Source of the DNA: Ginglymostoma cirratum
Lineage: Eukaryota
DNA length: 64,000 nt
NCBI GenBank assembly: GCA_024137785.1
Contig: JAHRHZ010000082.1
Span: 5,701,994-5,765,993 of the forward strand
Direction of reading: 5' to 3'
Translations under genes and position numbers: made by a program
Notes under the pieces: model-generated
What the model was told of the DNA's origin: nothing
Database searches by the model: none
The model's input: the letters and a program-made list of their open reading frames with translations, nothing else
Shown here: positions 48,126 to 62,806 of the stretch, piece after piece
Position numbering within the stretch: position 1 is the stretch's first letter
Layout: every line of letters starts with the position of its first letter

Positions 48126-49924
48126 TGTTTGTTAAGCCTGCTAGGCCCAAAGCATCACGAGGTCACCCTGCAAGGACATTTACCTTCTCCAGTTTGGGAA
48201 TACATTGGGGTGGCATCCTGATGTGGCTTCCTCCTATTTTTCTAGTTCATCCGTCCACAGTGAGCAAGGAAAAATCAGCCCTGAAAATCAACAGCTGGCC
48301 TCTAACCATTGTGCAGTGCTAGGGTAACACTGATTAGTAGTAGGAGGTCAGACCAAGGTATACAAGACACAGGCATTAAGAGAACGTACAAGGGTAATTA
48401 AGGGGTCATTGGACTCAAAATGTTAATTGTGTTTTTCTCTTTACAGATGCTGCTAGATCTGCTGAGTTTCTCCAACAATTTTTATTTTTGTTTGCAATTA
48501 GTTCCAAGATGGCATCATAACCTGCTGCTCTGAAAGCTTAAATTGGATATTCACTGTGTGTGTGCCAACACCTGGACCAATATGGTGCCTTGGACAATTA
48601 CAAGTATTAGCTGTTGATCTGTAAGAGGGTTGTTGTCTCAGTTAAAGGCAGGTGCTAACAAACCCAATTTCTTATCATAATATATTCAAAATGACACCTT
48701 TGAATTGGTTGAACTTCAAATTAGTAATTTCTCGATGATTATGGCAGCTTCAGTTGAACTATAACCCTGACTGCAGGGGTGAACCCTGATCAGTCAGAAG
48801 CAAGAGTGCTATCACGAAGCCAAGGGTTGTACTAGTGACATAATATGCAGGCTAAATACAACAGTAATAGTTCTGTTTCACCTTCAAAATACTAAACAAT
48901 ATGTAGGCAGAAGTGATTGGTTTCACTACATTAGTCAGACATTAATAGAATGAAAACCTCCGTATACATAAGATTGAGGAATATTCACATGGGTTTGAGT
49001 GCAAGTGAACTCTGCAATCCACATGGGAATGTAGAAATAGACATGCATACTTTTAACTCTCTAAGATTTGTGCCCAATGTGAAGGATTCTGAATTGTCAA
49101 AGATTACCAGACACTGTCTGGAAGGACTCAACAATACAAAAATCAAAACAATCATGCTTCTGAGTAGAGCTAAGCTGCAGATCATTAGCTTTTCTTTGAG
49201 AGGTGTGCAGCATTTTGGAGCACTCAGAAGATGGCATACCTTCAGTAGCCCTTGCTGAATGGGTCTTAATGCATGGGAAATAAGAAAGCCTGACTCGGAC
49301 CCTCTCTAGCTTTTCTCAATGGTGTCTTCAGTGCTAAATAATAGAGGCACTCCCATTTGCAAATCCACATATAGTCTGCAAATCCGTAATTTTGGGAATG
49401 CAGAGTTCTGACTGATCTGCCAACAATACTAATGAGAAAATATGCAGGCAAAGTGACACCAACTTTTGGTATCACACTCATAACATAGCCTACTTATTAT
49501 GGTACTTCCTCCGGGAATACTTCGCTGCAGCCACTACTAAAATGGCTGTAGTTATTTGAGGTTGAAATTTGAGGGAAATGGCTTGAAGGGCTAACCTTCT
49601 TGACCTTATTAATACATGATAGAATTAGAATTAAACTGCTGCTTTTTAGGGCAGGACATTTTACTCCATTCACTATGGTAAGTCTACTGAAGAGAAAGAC
49701 CCAGGTCATTTTAGTTGAAAATCTTGCTACTAGCTGTGACAAAAATACAAATAAACTCAGTCACCTGTGATTCTATTATGTACTCAAGCAAAAAACAGCT
49801 GAAATTTCAAGTGATCTATAGTATTAAAAAGTCAATTGATTATTTTCACCATTTTTCTTTGGTATATGTATATAGGTATATTCTTCAGCCTGTTCTCCAT
49901 CTACATTTCTACTAACTTTTTAAG

Positions 49925-50130
49925 GGGTTAGTTGGTTGGATGGCTGGTTTGTAATGTGGAGTAACAACCAACAGCATGGATTGGATTCCTGCACAGGCCA
50001 AGGTTACCATGAAGGATTCCAATTCTCAACCTTTCGCTTTGCTTGAGGTTTGATGACCCTCAGGTTAAACCATCACCAGTTTTCTCTAATAAGAGAGCAG
50101 CACTATGGTCTGGACAATGGCGACTTACCC
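49925..50130 (+). mobile_element. tRNA-derived SINE (decayed)
   Basis: Degenerate A/B-box head (gttagttggttggatggctgg..ggattcctgc) and conserved-looking body. Confidence 0.5.
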
Positions 50131-51393
50131 TTGCTTTATATCTCTAAGCATAGTTCACACTAATACAAATAAAGCTGCTAGGATATAAATGAAAGAGGAA
50201 GTGTGATATCGTATACTACATCCCTTATTCATTGGAATAAGATGAAGCAATCTCAATTGTCTCTACCCTTGATCATAATTCCACTTTAGTTTGTGTAGAT
50301 GTTTTAAAATTACAGACATCCAATGATTAATTATTTTCCTAGCTCACCACATGTTCTGAATGGCACTCTATCTAATTGTAGTTTTGAAACTACTTAATCA
50401 TGAGGAATTGGAACAGACTCTGATAATTACCGTATTGGATTCCATATGTCAAATTTTCTTCAGTGAAGCAAAAATTCTGTAAGTACTTAAACTGGTATAT
50501 ATTTGCTAAATGTGGTAGCATTAGACATCAATTATTTATAGATTAACAACATTTTAAAAAACTTTTCACAAAGGAGTCCTGAACTATATTTTATTCTGTA
50601 TGATGCCTTGCATCAAACAGGCACTATTGTAAATGCCAGAGGAAGTTAGAAAACTGGAAAGGGGGCAAGACCATGGACAGATTTTAAAATGAGGATGTGA
50701 CTTCTATTTTAATAGAAAGAGGTGTTGCTTAACTGAGGCAATGTAGATAGGTTAGTGAATTGAGCAGTAATGATTAAGGAAGACCTTGTGCAATTTTGGA
50801 GATAGGCTGAGTTTAGGATGCCCTCAAGTTCACAAAGGTGTAAGTTTGAAGATTGGCCAGCTACTACGTCACAATAATCCATCGGATCAAAATGCAGAAC
50901 TCATCCTTTAATAGCATTGTGGATGTACTTACAACACACTGCAGCAGCACCTTCTAAAGGGTAATTCAAGATGAACAATAGATGATGGCCTAGCTAGCAA
51001 CCCTCACATTCAAAGAAGAAATGAAAATAATGAAAGCGTGCCAGTGTGATCATGAATATTTGCACGTACAGTTTATTACTGAATTTTCTTTAAAGATGCT
51101 TTATTTGTTTAGAACAATTGGACCATGAGGACACCGGAAAACATTCAAGAACACTAAACAAAATCAAATACCATAGATGTATTAATCAAGATTGGATCTG
51201 ATCTGGATAGGTTATTAGCATTACAACATTGTATGCCAGAATGAGAGGGTATGGAGTTGTACAAATAATTGCTTGCATATTCTTCATAAAAGTGTGGTTA
51301 AAATGAATGAGTAAAAGGATTTACCATTCCCCAACGGTGAATTCTATTGCAAAGAGCTGATGAGAGTACGAATTTATACCTTTCTAGAAATGT

Positions 51394-51506
51394 GGGTCTT
51401 GTGGCACAATGGTAATGTACCTACCTCCAGGCTAGAAAGTCCAGGTGCAAGCTTCACTTGGTCCGGAGATGTGCAATATCATGTCTGAACATGTTGATTA
51501 AAAATA
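51394..51506 (+). mobile_element. tRNA-derived SINE, same family as about 45452-45545
   Basis: gggtcttgtggcacaatggta..caggtgcaagc..ggagatgtgcaata. Confidence 0.55.
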
Positions 51507-51514
51507 TTTTCCCA

Positions 51515-51765
51515 AACTGGCTACCTCCCCAGCTACACTCACCTTTACTGGCTCCATCCCCGCCTCTTTGACTTGTCTGTCACCTCTCCACCTATCCTCT
51601 CTTCTATCCATCTTCTATCCGCCTCCCCCCTCTCCCTATTTATTTCAGGACCCTTTTTCCCTCCCCCATTTCTGATGAAGGGTCTAGGACCGAAACATCA
51701 AGCTTTCCTGCTCCTATGATGCTGCTTGGCCTGCTGTGTTCATCCAGCTTCACACCTTGTTATCC
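51515..51765 (+). mobile_element. PLE family A 3' region with hammerhead motif
   Basis: Pyrimidine-rich stretch, then TTT-CTGATGA (51672-51678)-A-GGGTCTAGGACC-GAAA-CATC-AAG and the family A tail. Confidence 0.8.
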
Positions 51766-53221
51766 TGGAAATTGCCAGAGTGTGTTTGATTTGTCAGCAC
51801 AGATAGGACACATTTGTGCCTATGCACTTCAAAACCAAACTTACTGTAAATAATCCAAAGGATTAACAGAATAAAAATAACCTAGTAATTGGCAGTCAGC
51901 ATCGTTTCAGATGAGAGAGAGGTTAAACCTTTTTGTGTCTCCCCAACTGACAGTGTAGCATAGGTAAAAGTTTCCTGACACAAAGATAGACTGCGTTCTT
52001 AATGGAGTCGGCATCATGGATGATATGAGTAAGAAATTGGCTGACGAGGAATAACAGTAGCTATTGGTTGAGTGCATGATGTTGGGCTGAAAGATTTACT
52101 GAACAATGCTGGAACCTAGATTTAGAAATGAAAGTCGATTTGGTAAAATACATTGTATATGAAATTGGTGGGGTTGGTAGCCAGACTCTGGGAACAATAC
52201 TAGGACTTTGACAGCATTTACAGAAGGATAACAGAAAAAAAAAACTTTACAAGAAGGGGAAACATTAACTTTATGAATAATGTTGAAGCAGTGAGGGGAC
52301 TAATAAAAAATGAAACTAGCAGAATTCTGAACCATTCTGCTAGAACTCTAAAGCTGTCATGTTTATCATCTTCAGCGCTTTATTCGGGTCATACTTTGAG
52401 GAATGCATATAGTTTCGGTTACCCAGGTGCAAAAGAAACATATATTTCCTGCAGTAATACAGAAAAATACCACAAAGTTGATCTCAAATGTCAGAGGATT
52501 GAATGCTCAGAACTGGTTAGAAAAAAATGCAAACCCTTCAGCCTTGAAAGGAACTGATTGAAAGGAAACAGAGGAATAAAAGCGTCGAAGCTAACTAGAA
52601 GTAATAAATCCATAGGATATTAACTTTAAACTTCAACTGCAACCTGAGGAGCAATTAGTGAAAAGCAAACTCAGGATTGAGGAAAATTCAACACCACTTT
52701 CTATGGAAGGGTAATCTAGACAGACTGAATAGTTAACTCCATCAGCATTTACCATTGTAAATTGAATAAGGACAAAGTTTTAATAATGCGGCCCACCAGG
52801 AAATGTATTTTAATTCATTTTAAATACTATATGAATGTAACAAATCACAATAAGAAGGTTACCAAAACAGTAGAACTTTCCATAACTTTATTTCCCAAAT
52901 CAAACAATTTAAGATTCACATTATTCTTTGGAAGAAAAATGCCTGAGATTGAACAGCTAATTCTAAATTTTAATTGCGATTGAAGAATATGTAAAAGTTA
53001 TGCATTTAAGTCCTTGAGCGATCAAGCCCACTTACATGGTTAAAAGGTACATCTAAAACCAAAATCATATTGTTGGCCAGTGCAAAAAATTAAATTTTCA
53101 AAAAACAATGTTAAAACTAATGTCATAATTAAAAATGACCAAATTAGATCAAATACCAATTGAATTATTTATTTATAATTAAAGATACTTTCATATCAAA
53201 TAGGAAGGAAATGTGATAATA

Positions 53222-53460
53222 AATTCAGGAAGTGCTGGAGAAACTCAGCAGGGCTGGTTGCATCTGGGGAGAAAGAAACAAGAGTTTAATGTTGAATCCA
53301 ACCTGATGAATTCAATTTCGTTCTGCAGAAAAATCATACTAAACTCAAAACATTAACTTTGTTTCTCACTCAACAGATACTGTCAAACTTGCTGAGTTTC
53401 TCCAACACTTCCTGATTCATATTTCAGATCTCTAGTATCTGCAGTACTTTATTTTTATTT
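53222..53460. mobile_element. Inverted pair of PLE family B terminal repeats
   Basis: aggaagtgctggagaaactcagca ... tgctgagtttctccaacacttcct. Confidence 0.75.
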
Positions 53461-55040
53461 TAGGAAATACATACATTTTGCTTTATAATTAAGGGCCTTG
53501 CTGCTTCATTAAAACCAAGAGATTAAAATGATTAGAACGCAGATAGACAGCCAGGCTCCTCATCACCGAATCAGAGAAGATCTCAGTCTCACCTAATATT
53601 TTGAGGGTAAGGTGAGTCTGTAGAAATTTTCAAATGTAAACAAAATCATTTTTGAACATAAGCAAAGTCAGCTGCCATGTTTAGAGTAGACTTTATCTTC
53701 AGTAAAGATTCAGAGGCATATAGTATAATCTTAGCCAAACCTTCTTCCAGACTGAACAAATGCAAATATTTTATATCACAGAAGTCTATAAGTAGGTTAT
53801 ACAACAGAAATGAATATGAATGAATTATTGTCAACTTTCAAATGTAGGTCAAAGGAAAAGCACAGCCTTGTTAAAAATTTGTTTCACAATTGTGCTCCTC
53901 GGTAACATCAAAAGGAACATTAATGCAAATTTACAAATAATGCAGATGGCATTCTGTCTTGTAGCAAACAAACTAGAGGTGCAAACTTCAACAGAATCAA
54001 TGTTTATGAGGCTTTTGTGCACACATTTTCTATTTCAAAGGCATACTATTTCTTTGTGTATAAAACTTGTCAGCTCATAAAGGGCAACAAATCCTTCATT
54101 GGTTAGGTTAGTTATGTAAGATAAAGTACATTAAACCTTCAAGTATTGTACTTAGCTTTAAATCTTCATATAGTTTGCTTTAGAACAGACTGTGCATTTC
54201 ACAAATAGTGCATGGTTTTCTTCAAAATTAAGGATGACAATTCTGAAAATAGAACACTTCCCCATTATACATCTGTGCCATTTCCCACATTCCTAAATCT
54301 ATGCACCACATGCTGGGTGCTGGTAAAACCCAGAGTGCATGAAGATAATGATTTGTAAAAAAAATGATCATAAGCAATGTTATCACTAAAATAAAAGAAG
54401 GATGAGTGACGACAAGTTTAGCAATTCCAGAAGTAAAATATCCTTAACCAAGAGGCCAGACATGATTAGAAATTAAAAAAGCAAAACTAATATGGTAATC
54501 AATGGACTCCTGGGAGGAACAGATGGACCCTGACTTATTTAATAATAACTTAAGCTATTGGAGATGGTACAAAAGGAGGACAAGGAGAGGAAACAGTACT
54601 GCTATTGGGTAACTACTTTCTCAGTGCTGAAAACAATCTACAAGGTAGTCTCTCTGGTTCTCTCAAAACAATATTTTCTCAAGATATATTCTAAAGTATT
54701 CTCTGCAACCATAAGTATAAACTAATTTGCTGAATAAAATTACTGTTTAACAACCAAATAAACCAGCCTGTTTCAGTCCAAGTCTCCGTCACCATGTCAC
54801 GTCAAGGCTTTACAAAATCAACATGAACAGGACTACAGAACTGCCCCCCCTTATGTTGCTCTGACTTGTACACCCCTGCCTCAAAGCAGCAGCTCTAGCA
54901 TCAGTTTTCTGATCCTACTCTTTACCACTAATATTGGACCTAACAAGCAATGGATCACCAAACTACATTCTAAATTCAGTGCATTTTAACAAATAAGCTA
55001 AAATAGATCAAAACTGTTAAAACACAATGCATCTGCAATC

Positions 55041-55845
55041 ATAGAGTCACAGAGTCACACAGCATGGAAACAGACTCTTCAATCCAATCAGTCCATGCCG
55101 ACCATAAACCCAAACTAAAGTAGTCCTACCTGCCTCTGCTTGGCCCATAACCCTCCAAACATTTCCTATTCATGTACTCATCCAAATGTCTTTTAAATGT
55201 TGTAATTGTACTCACATCCACCATTTCCCCTGGAAGGTCATTCCATACATGAGTCACCCTCTGTGTGAAAAAATTGCCCCTCTAATCTTGAACTCCCCCA
55301 CAATAAGAAAAAGACACCTGCCATTCACCTTATCCATACCCTTCCTGATTTAATAAGCCTCTTTAAGTCAGCCCTCAACCTCCTACACTCCAATGACAAA
55401 AGTCCCAGCCTATCCAGCCTCTCCTTATGACTCAAACCCTCCATTCCAGGCAAAATCCTTGTAATTCTTTTCTGAACCCTCTCCAGCTTAATAATATCTT
55501 TCCTATAACAGAGTGACCAAAACTGGATACAATACTCCAGAAGAAGCCTCACCAACATCCTGTACAACCTTAATATGATGTCCCAACTCCTGTACTCTAA
55601 ACATTTGAGCAATGAAGGCAAGCATACTAATTGCCTCCTTAATCACCCTGTCTACATGTGATGCAAAATTCAAAGAATTATGTACCCAAACCACTAGGTC
55701 TCTCTGTTCTACAACACTACCCAAGGCCCTACTTTTAATTGTATAAGTCCTACCCTTGTTTGTTTTACCAAGATGCAATACCTCGCATTTATCCATATTA
55801 AACTCCATCCGCCACTCTTCAGCCCATTGACCCAACTGATCAAGC
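55041..55845 (-). mobile_element. Relatively young CR1 LINE 3' fragment (frameshifted ORF2)
   Basis: ORFs 55503-55886 (WAEEWRMEFNMDKCEVLH) and 55325-55621 (LEYCIQFWS..LERVQKRITRILPGM) are the CR1 ORF2 C-terminus. Confidence 0.92.
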
Positions 55846-56019
55846 TTCTCACTGACGCTAATCGAAGATCCCTCAGACTGAATCAACTCAAGATTTAGAT
55901 CTTGAACGAATGTACTCCTCCAATATTGCGCTTTAGATCAGTCGCCTTGTGGAGTTGATTTTATTTTTTAACCGATACCAGAATTTTGAGATAACTTTAT
56001 ACCTAAACTGGTAAAACTA

Positions 56020-59000
56020 CACTTAGGTTTGCTTGAGCAAAACACTTTTATTTATTTGGTTCATTGCTATTTTTACTAACAAGAGTCTGGATTTATAATT
56101 CACTTATTGATACAACTGTTCTAGCACCAACAAAAAACCAGCCAATATTTCAAAACGCTGCAATAGCGAGATTAGTCAAAATTACTTCTGAAATGTTCCA
56201 AAGAGAAACCACACAACCACAACTAGACTTCATCTTCACCATATTCCTAATAAAATCTCATTCAGAAAAATGCTACTGGTGTGAACATAAAATAACAAAT
56301 AATATTCATGAATTAATATTGCCTATTTCATAAGTGAGAGTAGTGAACAACTACCAAGATCAACAAAAGATTGTGAAAAAAATCAAACAAATCCAAAAAT
56401 AGTACGAAGTCAAGTAGGTGAAACTAGCTTTACCTACATGAGGTTTACAAAGAATTCTATGACTATGGTAATATCAATTTAAACAACTGATTGAAGTGGT
56501 AAAAATACAATGGAAAATCAAATGAAAAAATGTTGGTACATTATTTTGCAACTCAAATGCGTGATACAGGCATATGTTGGGACTAATTATTTCTATGAAG
56601 ACTATTGAAACAGATCTATCCATTATTATAAGCAAACTAACCAGAGACCAATTGGATAATAACTTTTTACAACTTGGCATTTATGAGAAAAGTTATGTGA
56701 TATAACCCTTCTACACTTTAGAAGAGGTAGCTTTGCCGTTTTCACCCAGGGAATACCACAATGCATTAGTTTAAAAACAAGCAAGTGTAGAGGGAATAGT
56801 ATGTCCAATTTATTTAAAATAGTGGTTTGGTAGTGTTGATCATTCAAAGTTCTATAGAGAAACTGTTGATGTGGATTAAACAAAACAATCCGTTCAAAAA
56901 GATTTATGTTGGCGTTCAGGGATATTTACTGTAAGCAAGGTTAGAAAAAAAATGAAGCTTTTGTTGTGTTTTAATTAAAAAGGAGAAATTTGCAGTAGGA
57001 CATGAAAGAAAACCTCCTTTGCTTAATTAGCATTGGGTCACAGCTCTTTATGTTTATGTGAATCAAAAGCCACACTTCCTTTAAGCTTCAGTGTCACCTT
57101 GCTGAAACAACCAGCTTCCTTTTGGTCCCCCAAGCTGCATTTGATAGACATTCAGTCTGTTGACCACAATATTTGCTTCAAAGAAAGAGAATGCTCAAAT
57201 ACAAAGCATATTCCATTTGTAAAGTGGAGGCATATCAAAATCAAATTTATGCCCAAGTGTCTGAGAATGCATCTCCGCTATGTAACACAATCTAGATTTT
57301 ACCTTGAAAAGGATAAAATATCAGTCTGTAATTAGACTTCAGTGAAACACATCAAGCCATTAGGCAGGATATGTAGATTTAGGTTTAGCTTTTGGTTTGC
57401 AGTTTTTAGGACAAAGCAAATCCCCTATTGTAAAAATGAGTCATTCTCAACACCTTTACTGTTATCCATTTTACATCTGCACTAATACTTTTGAATACAA
57501 CCAGCTTCTATTGAAACATTCTTAAGAATAAGTTACATTGAATGCAGTTTAAAAAACATTTTGTAGCTATGATTAGATGACAATGGCGGGGCCAAGAAAA
57601 ATATTTTTCTTTGTGTTGGAAGAATCAGAACATAATGCTCCAAAATAAAATGTCTTGAACTTATGTTAAAATAAAAGCCACTTGTAAATGAAATATACAG
57701 TATTATAAATCCACATATAAATCACACAGCACCTGGAAACTCTACCCCACCCACAATTTTCCTTCTTTGTCTTTTCCCAACTCCCACATAAAACCAAAAT
57801 AGATTCCTGTTTCTTATGAGTGTTTGCACCAATGTAACACAGCAACAACCTATTGAAACAAATCTCAAGTTGGCACTTAAATTTGCTAAAGCTTGGTCGT
57901 GTTCACAAAATTGTATGTTGGGCCTTGTGAAAAGCTGAAGCAGCCCAAATTCACATTCTGCCTTCTCTCAGGATGACAACAGTTTCCAGGAATACTTTAA
58001 ACAATGCTGGTGAACTAAAGTTCATAAATGTAAATGTATAGACATCGTGAATAATAGTAATACTTAACAACATCATGCACGTCATTATCTTCTGAGCACA
58101 GTGACAAACTGATAACTATGGCATTCTTATGCAATGGACTCATATTCATTAGGAAATGAATTGAGACTAGTCATTTCATTTAAGATTCTTAACATCCTCT
58201 GACAAAGAACGCCTTCATCCTACATATCCAGGTTCGGTTTAATCCTAAATTACACAATGATTTCAAGATAGCATCCAGCCCATTAACAGAATTTAAATTA
58301 CATACTTTTTTACAAAAATGTGTTTATTTCTTATTGGTTGCCAATGCAGCACAGACACTAACATTTACATAATTACCTAAATGAGTGCCCCTGCAACACC
58401 ACGAGGGCAACTAGAGAAAAAGGTAAAAAACACACAAACTATTTCCACTTGACAAAACATATTTCGGATTCTACTTAGCCTTTGGAACACCATGTACTGC
58501 GTGACTCCCAATGCACTGACAAGAAAAATAGCAGTCTAAAGGTTAAATTGTATTGTTAGACATTGTATTTAGATTTTCTACAGCAAAGATGCAAACCTAA
58601 TATATGAATTCCTGAATAGAATGGTCACTCAGGCTTAAAGATCTACATAAACAGATCATTAAGCAAGTCGTATTTACAAGCAAGGCAAATACTGCACTGA
58701 ATTTTTTAAAGTATTCAACAAATGCGGTACTCAAATCTGGAAACCTGCAATATTTCACACTTGTCTTAAAAGCAATTCAAATCTACTTGCAAATTATAAT
58801 GTGGAAATATTTTAGACATTATGGGTTAAAGTTAATTCAGGGGATATGTTCAGGTACCTAGGAGGGAAAACACATGGACAGATCAGTGTGAAGCAATTTC
58901 AAATTCTGGACAGCATGCAAATACCTTACACTGTATCCCTCTGGAAACAGGCAGGAATGATGTCAGAATGGGTGGGTGGGTGGGTGGGAATAGAAACTTG

Positions 59001-61700
59001 GACAGGAACTTGTGAACTCCAGGGACCCAAGGAAGCAATCCCATCGCACCCCACTAACCCTAACAAATACCATACCACACTCCACACCTATTCAATCCCC
59101 AAACACCACCAATCACTCTATCATGAAGTTAGTAAGTACTAACTAGGGTTCACATAAAATTTCTTTCTGGAAAATCATAATGACTAATACTTAAAACAGA
59201 TGTCATTTACTATTCCCTTATTAATGGCCCTATTTAAAAAAAAAACACATTCTACCACACTCCCTTCACTATGGCACGCATTTTTGTATGACTTCTGCAT
59301 ACAGATTCTGGAGTATTTACTGTAAAGTACTACATGGTTATTAACTACAAAATCAAAGCCATGTTAATAAAAATGTGAAAAGAATGGATGATAGCATGAT
59401 TCTTGCATCATAGTTTTAATGAATGGGTAAATGCATACTGACTGAAATTGTATCCACAGCATTTAAAGAGGTAATTCCATACATAATTTTATACCAGATG
59501 ATTGCCACAAAATATATGTATGGGAAAGTCATTATCATTTCAAGATGTTAATTTTTAAAAGATCAAGAAATGCAAAGTGCTACAAAATAACTAAACTTCG
59601 CAGATCAGAAGCAGAACCTAAAAGAGGACCATAAATAATGGTCTCAGCTGATTGGATGCATCACTTTTAAAAGTTTCTTTTGCAAGATTAAATGTTTTGA
59701 GATCAGAATAATTTTTCACAAATACCCAGTAAAATTTTTTCCCTTTGTGATTTAGACTTCACCGCCAATCCCAATTTTCATTAATGTTACAGACATGCTA
59801 TTTACAAAGTAAACCTCATTTCAAAATTCAATCAGACAGCCTAAAAGTGATCAGAAGTTTCAAATCCAGAGATGATAAGTAAACTTGCTCCTGAAAACAC
59901 ACAGCCTTTCTAACCTTGATATCGGCCAATTTCTAGCTGATGCTCATAGTCCAATAAGCTTAGTCAACCAGACAACATCAGATAAAAGAGCCAGCCTTCC
60001 TAGAGTGAATACTAATTAGTCCATTATCATCCAACACCAATACATTAAACAACCTAGACTTCAGGCATGAAAGGGCAATGTTCTAAGACAAGCAATCAGC
60101 AAACCCACCTTCCCAACCTTCTCTAAGGTTGATGTTATGTGCTAAAACTCTGAATACGAACTGAAACTCTCATGTGACAATATTACCATTAACTTTGATC
60201 AGTAACTGAATGGGTAAAGTCATACTTCCCAAATGTTACAATAAAACACTTTTATGTACAATGTAAAACCGTATAGTTTGGAGGTGTTCCAGCATTCTCT
60301 GTGAGACAATAATAAAATTGCTTTCAACGATAAAAGAGCAAAATTCAATTTCCCTTTTACTGACTTAAACAACATTTGAAATGGTCTCAAACTCTTACAT
60401 ACTCAGTCTTTACACTCCTCCCTCAATTTTTAATCAATCAATATCACTTTTATTCTGTAGTCTATGACTTGAAAGAGAGTGAAAATAGGTGGCAATGAAT
60501 ATTTTGAAGTGAACAACACAGTGATTTTATTTCACCTGCTTGAGTTTGGATATAGCTGTCCATGCTGCAAGTAAAACTATTAAATAGGCAATTAAAATTG
60601 AACATATTTGCATTTTAAACTTTTAAATTTTAATTTTTAAAGATTGCTGGGTGTTACTCAGATAGGCTCAAAAATAAAATTAAAAAAAATCACAAGATAA
60701 TTAGTGAACAAACCAGACTTTGTGTCAGAACTAATGCATACTAAAATATTAAACTGCCCACTACATTGGAAACATTCCAATCCCAGATTTATGAAAACAT
60801 CAACAATACACTGCTGTCAGTTTGGCTAAATACAGCAAAATAATTTTAAAAAAACTCCAACTTCTTTGGACAACTTGGAAAGAAGGGCCAAGATCTGATT
60901 TGTAACACAACGATGTGACTTATACCCAAACTAATGCAGGCAAAATAAAATCATCATGTCGATCACTTCAAAGTATTGACTATAACCAGTTTTCAATTTT
61001 AGTTTTCTCATTAGTACTTATACTTTCAGAACACTCAAACTATTTGCTACCACAGCTACTTTAACAATCAAGAATCTAAGTTGCCTCAAAACATCAACTA
61101 CCTAAAACTCTAGAGATCTGCAAACACTTCTTTTGAAGATAACCTGTTACTTGGAAATGTGTAAATTAGTAGAAGTTCAAGCATTTAACCCTAATTTTTT
61201 TCAAAGTAAACCAGTTAGAACAAGGAATAAAAATATGCTATGTTAGAACAATGCTTTCTGGGTGTGGCCAGTGGGTTAAAATTCTAATTTAGACCAACAT
61301 TGCTTGTGGGCACAATTATACTGAAACTGCAGGATTCTGACAATAAGCATATGTCTGACATTTCTACCAGTCAAGGTGTCTGTACCCATGCTTTTAACTT
61401 GTGCCATTAGAATTCGTTTGTTATTTCTTCCATCCTCTCAAACACCATTAATTTTTTTTAAAAATACAACAATCAAATTGAAATGGTTGCCCAGAATTCT
61501 CCAGATATTTTTCAAACCTTTCAAGATTTCACAAACAATTTCTGAATTGATGGTCGAGTTCTAAAATGATCAGCAGTCGTCATACAAATTATTGACTGAG
61601 TGGTATTTTATAATGTTTATGATACTGAGAATACAGAAAGATGTGAAGAAATGTGTTTTAAAAGACAAGAGGTGAAATTTTAATATCATAGAGTGAAATG
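56020..61700 (-). other. Putative long 3' UTR of an upstream minus-strand gene (TBC1D16 expected by synteny)
   Basis: Repeat-poor and U-rich on the minus strand; overlapping AATAAA at 56047-56056 followed by a GU-rich tract; Pumilio motifs; no coding exon seen in the window. Confidence 0.3.
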
Positions 61701-62469
61701 GTATGGGAGCAGTGGATGGTTAAAAATACTATAATGCCCTATTGTGAAGTTTGTTTAAACCCACCTTCTTTCAAGGACGGCATGCTCAGCAGTGAGCAAG
61801 AAAGCCCTGGAGGGAGGCAGGATGCCAATTTGAATATGTTAAGAGGTAATTAACAGTTATTTTAACAGGGTTTTCATCTCTAACTGTAGGCACACAGGTG
61901 TCTCAGGCTTCCTGGATCTCTCCAGTGAAAATAATGCAAGAAAACAGCAGCAAACGAGGGAACTAAAATGGAACAGGCAAAAAAAAATCCCATAAGTACT
62001 GACAACTCAAGCTACCTCCTTCCCTAATGAAAGGCATTTGCTCACAGGAGTCAGGAGTGCCAGAACCAAAACCACATGATTACATGATGTGGCTTAGAGC
62101 AAATACTTGAGATGTGAAAGATTCAGGTGCCGCGACAGTTGTAATCACCCTTCAGTGCTCACCAGCAATGATTACAGCTACAGAAACAGCAATGTAAGAG
62201 GAGGCGAAGCATAAACTGACTATGGTACAAGGAGGCCCAACTGCTGTCCTGGACGTCCTAATAAAGGCAAGATTTAGTTAGGCCCCTATCAATGTGTCCA
62301 CCTGGTAGCCACAGTGACTGCACCACTGCACCAACCACCAGTATCCCTGCCCTCCATCAACACAAACCAAGAAAACTTCCTTTTCACTGACAGCAATTGC
62401 TCAATTTAGTCTTGTCCTACTGCTCATCACATGATGGAACTTGCCAGGCAGCAGAGAAAAGCAGTCAAG

Positions 62470-62806
62470 ATATGAAATAGGAACAAAGGAGCAGTAATAG
62501 GCCATTCTGTCCTTTGTGTCTGCTCCTCCATTCAATTATATCTGGCTGATCATCTACCTCAATCTTTTCCTCGTGCACTCTGCACATATCCCTTGATGTC
62601 ATTAGTACCCAGAAATCTATCAATTCATATCTTCAACATGCTCGTTGATAGAGCATCCATGCATCCTGGGTAGAGAATTCCAAAGATTCACCACCTTTAA
62701 GTGAAGAAATGTCTCCTCACTTCTGTCTTAAATGGTCTGTCCCAAATTCTGAAACTGCATCCCCTGGCTCTAGATTCTCAAGCTAGGGGAAACATCTATC
62801 TACATC
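62470..62806 (-). mobile_element. CR1 3' end
   Basis: ctgggtagagaattccaaagattcaccacc..gtgaagaaat. Confidence 0.75.

Noticed and set aside
45452-51506. tRNA genes
   Set aside because: Only degenerate tRNA-like SINE heads are present, with no complete cloverleaf
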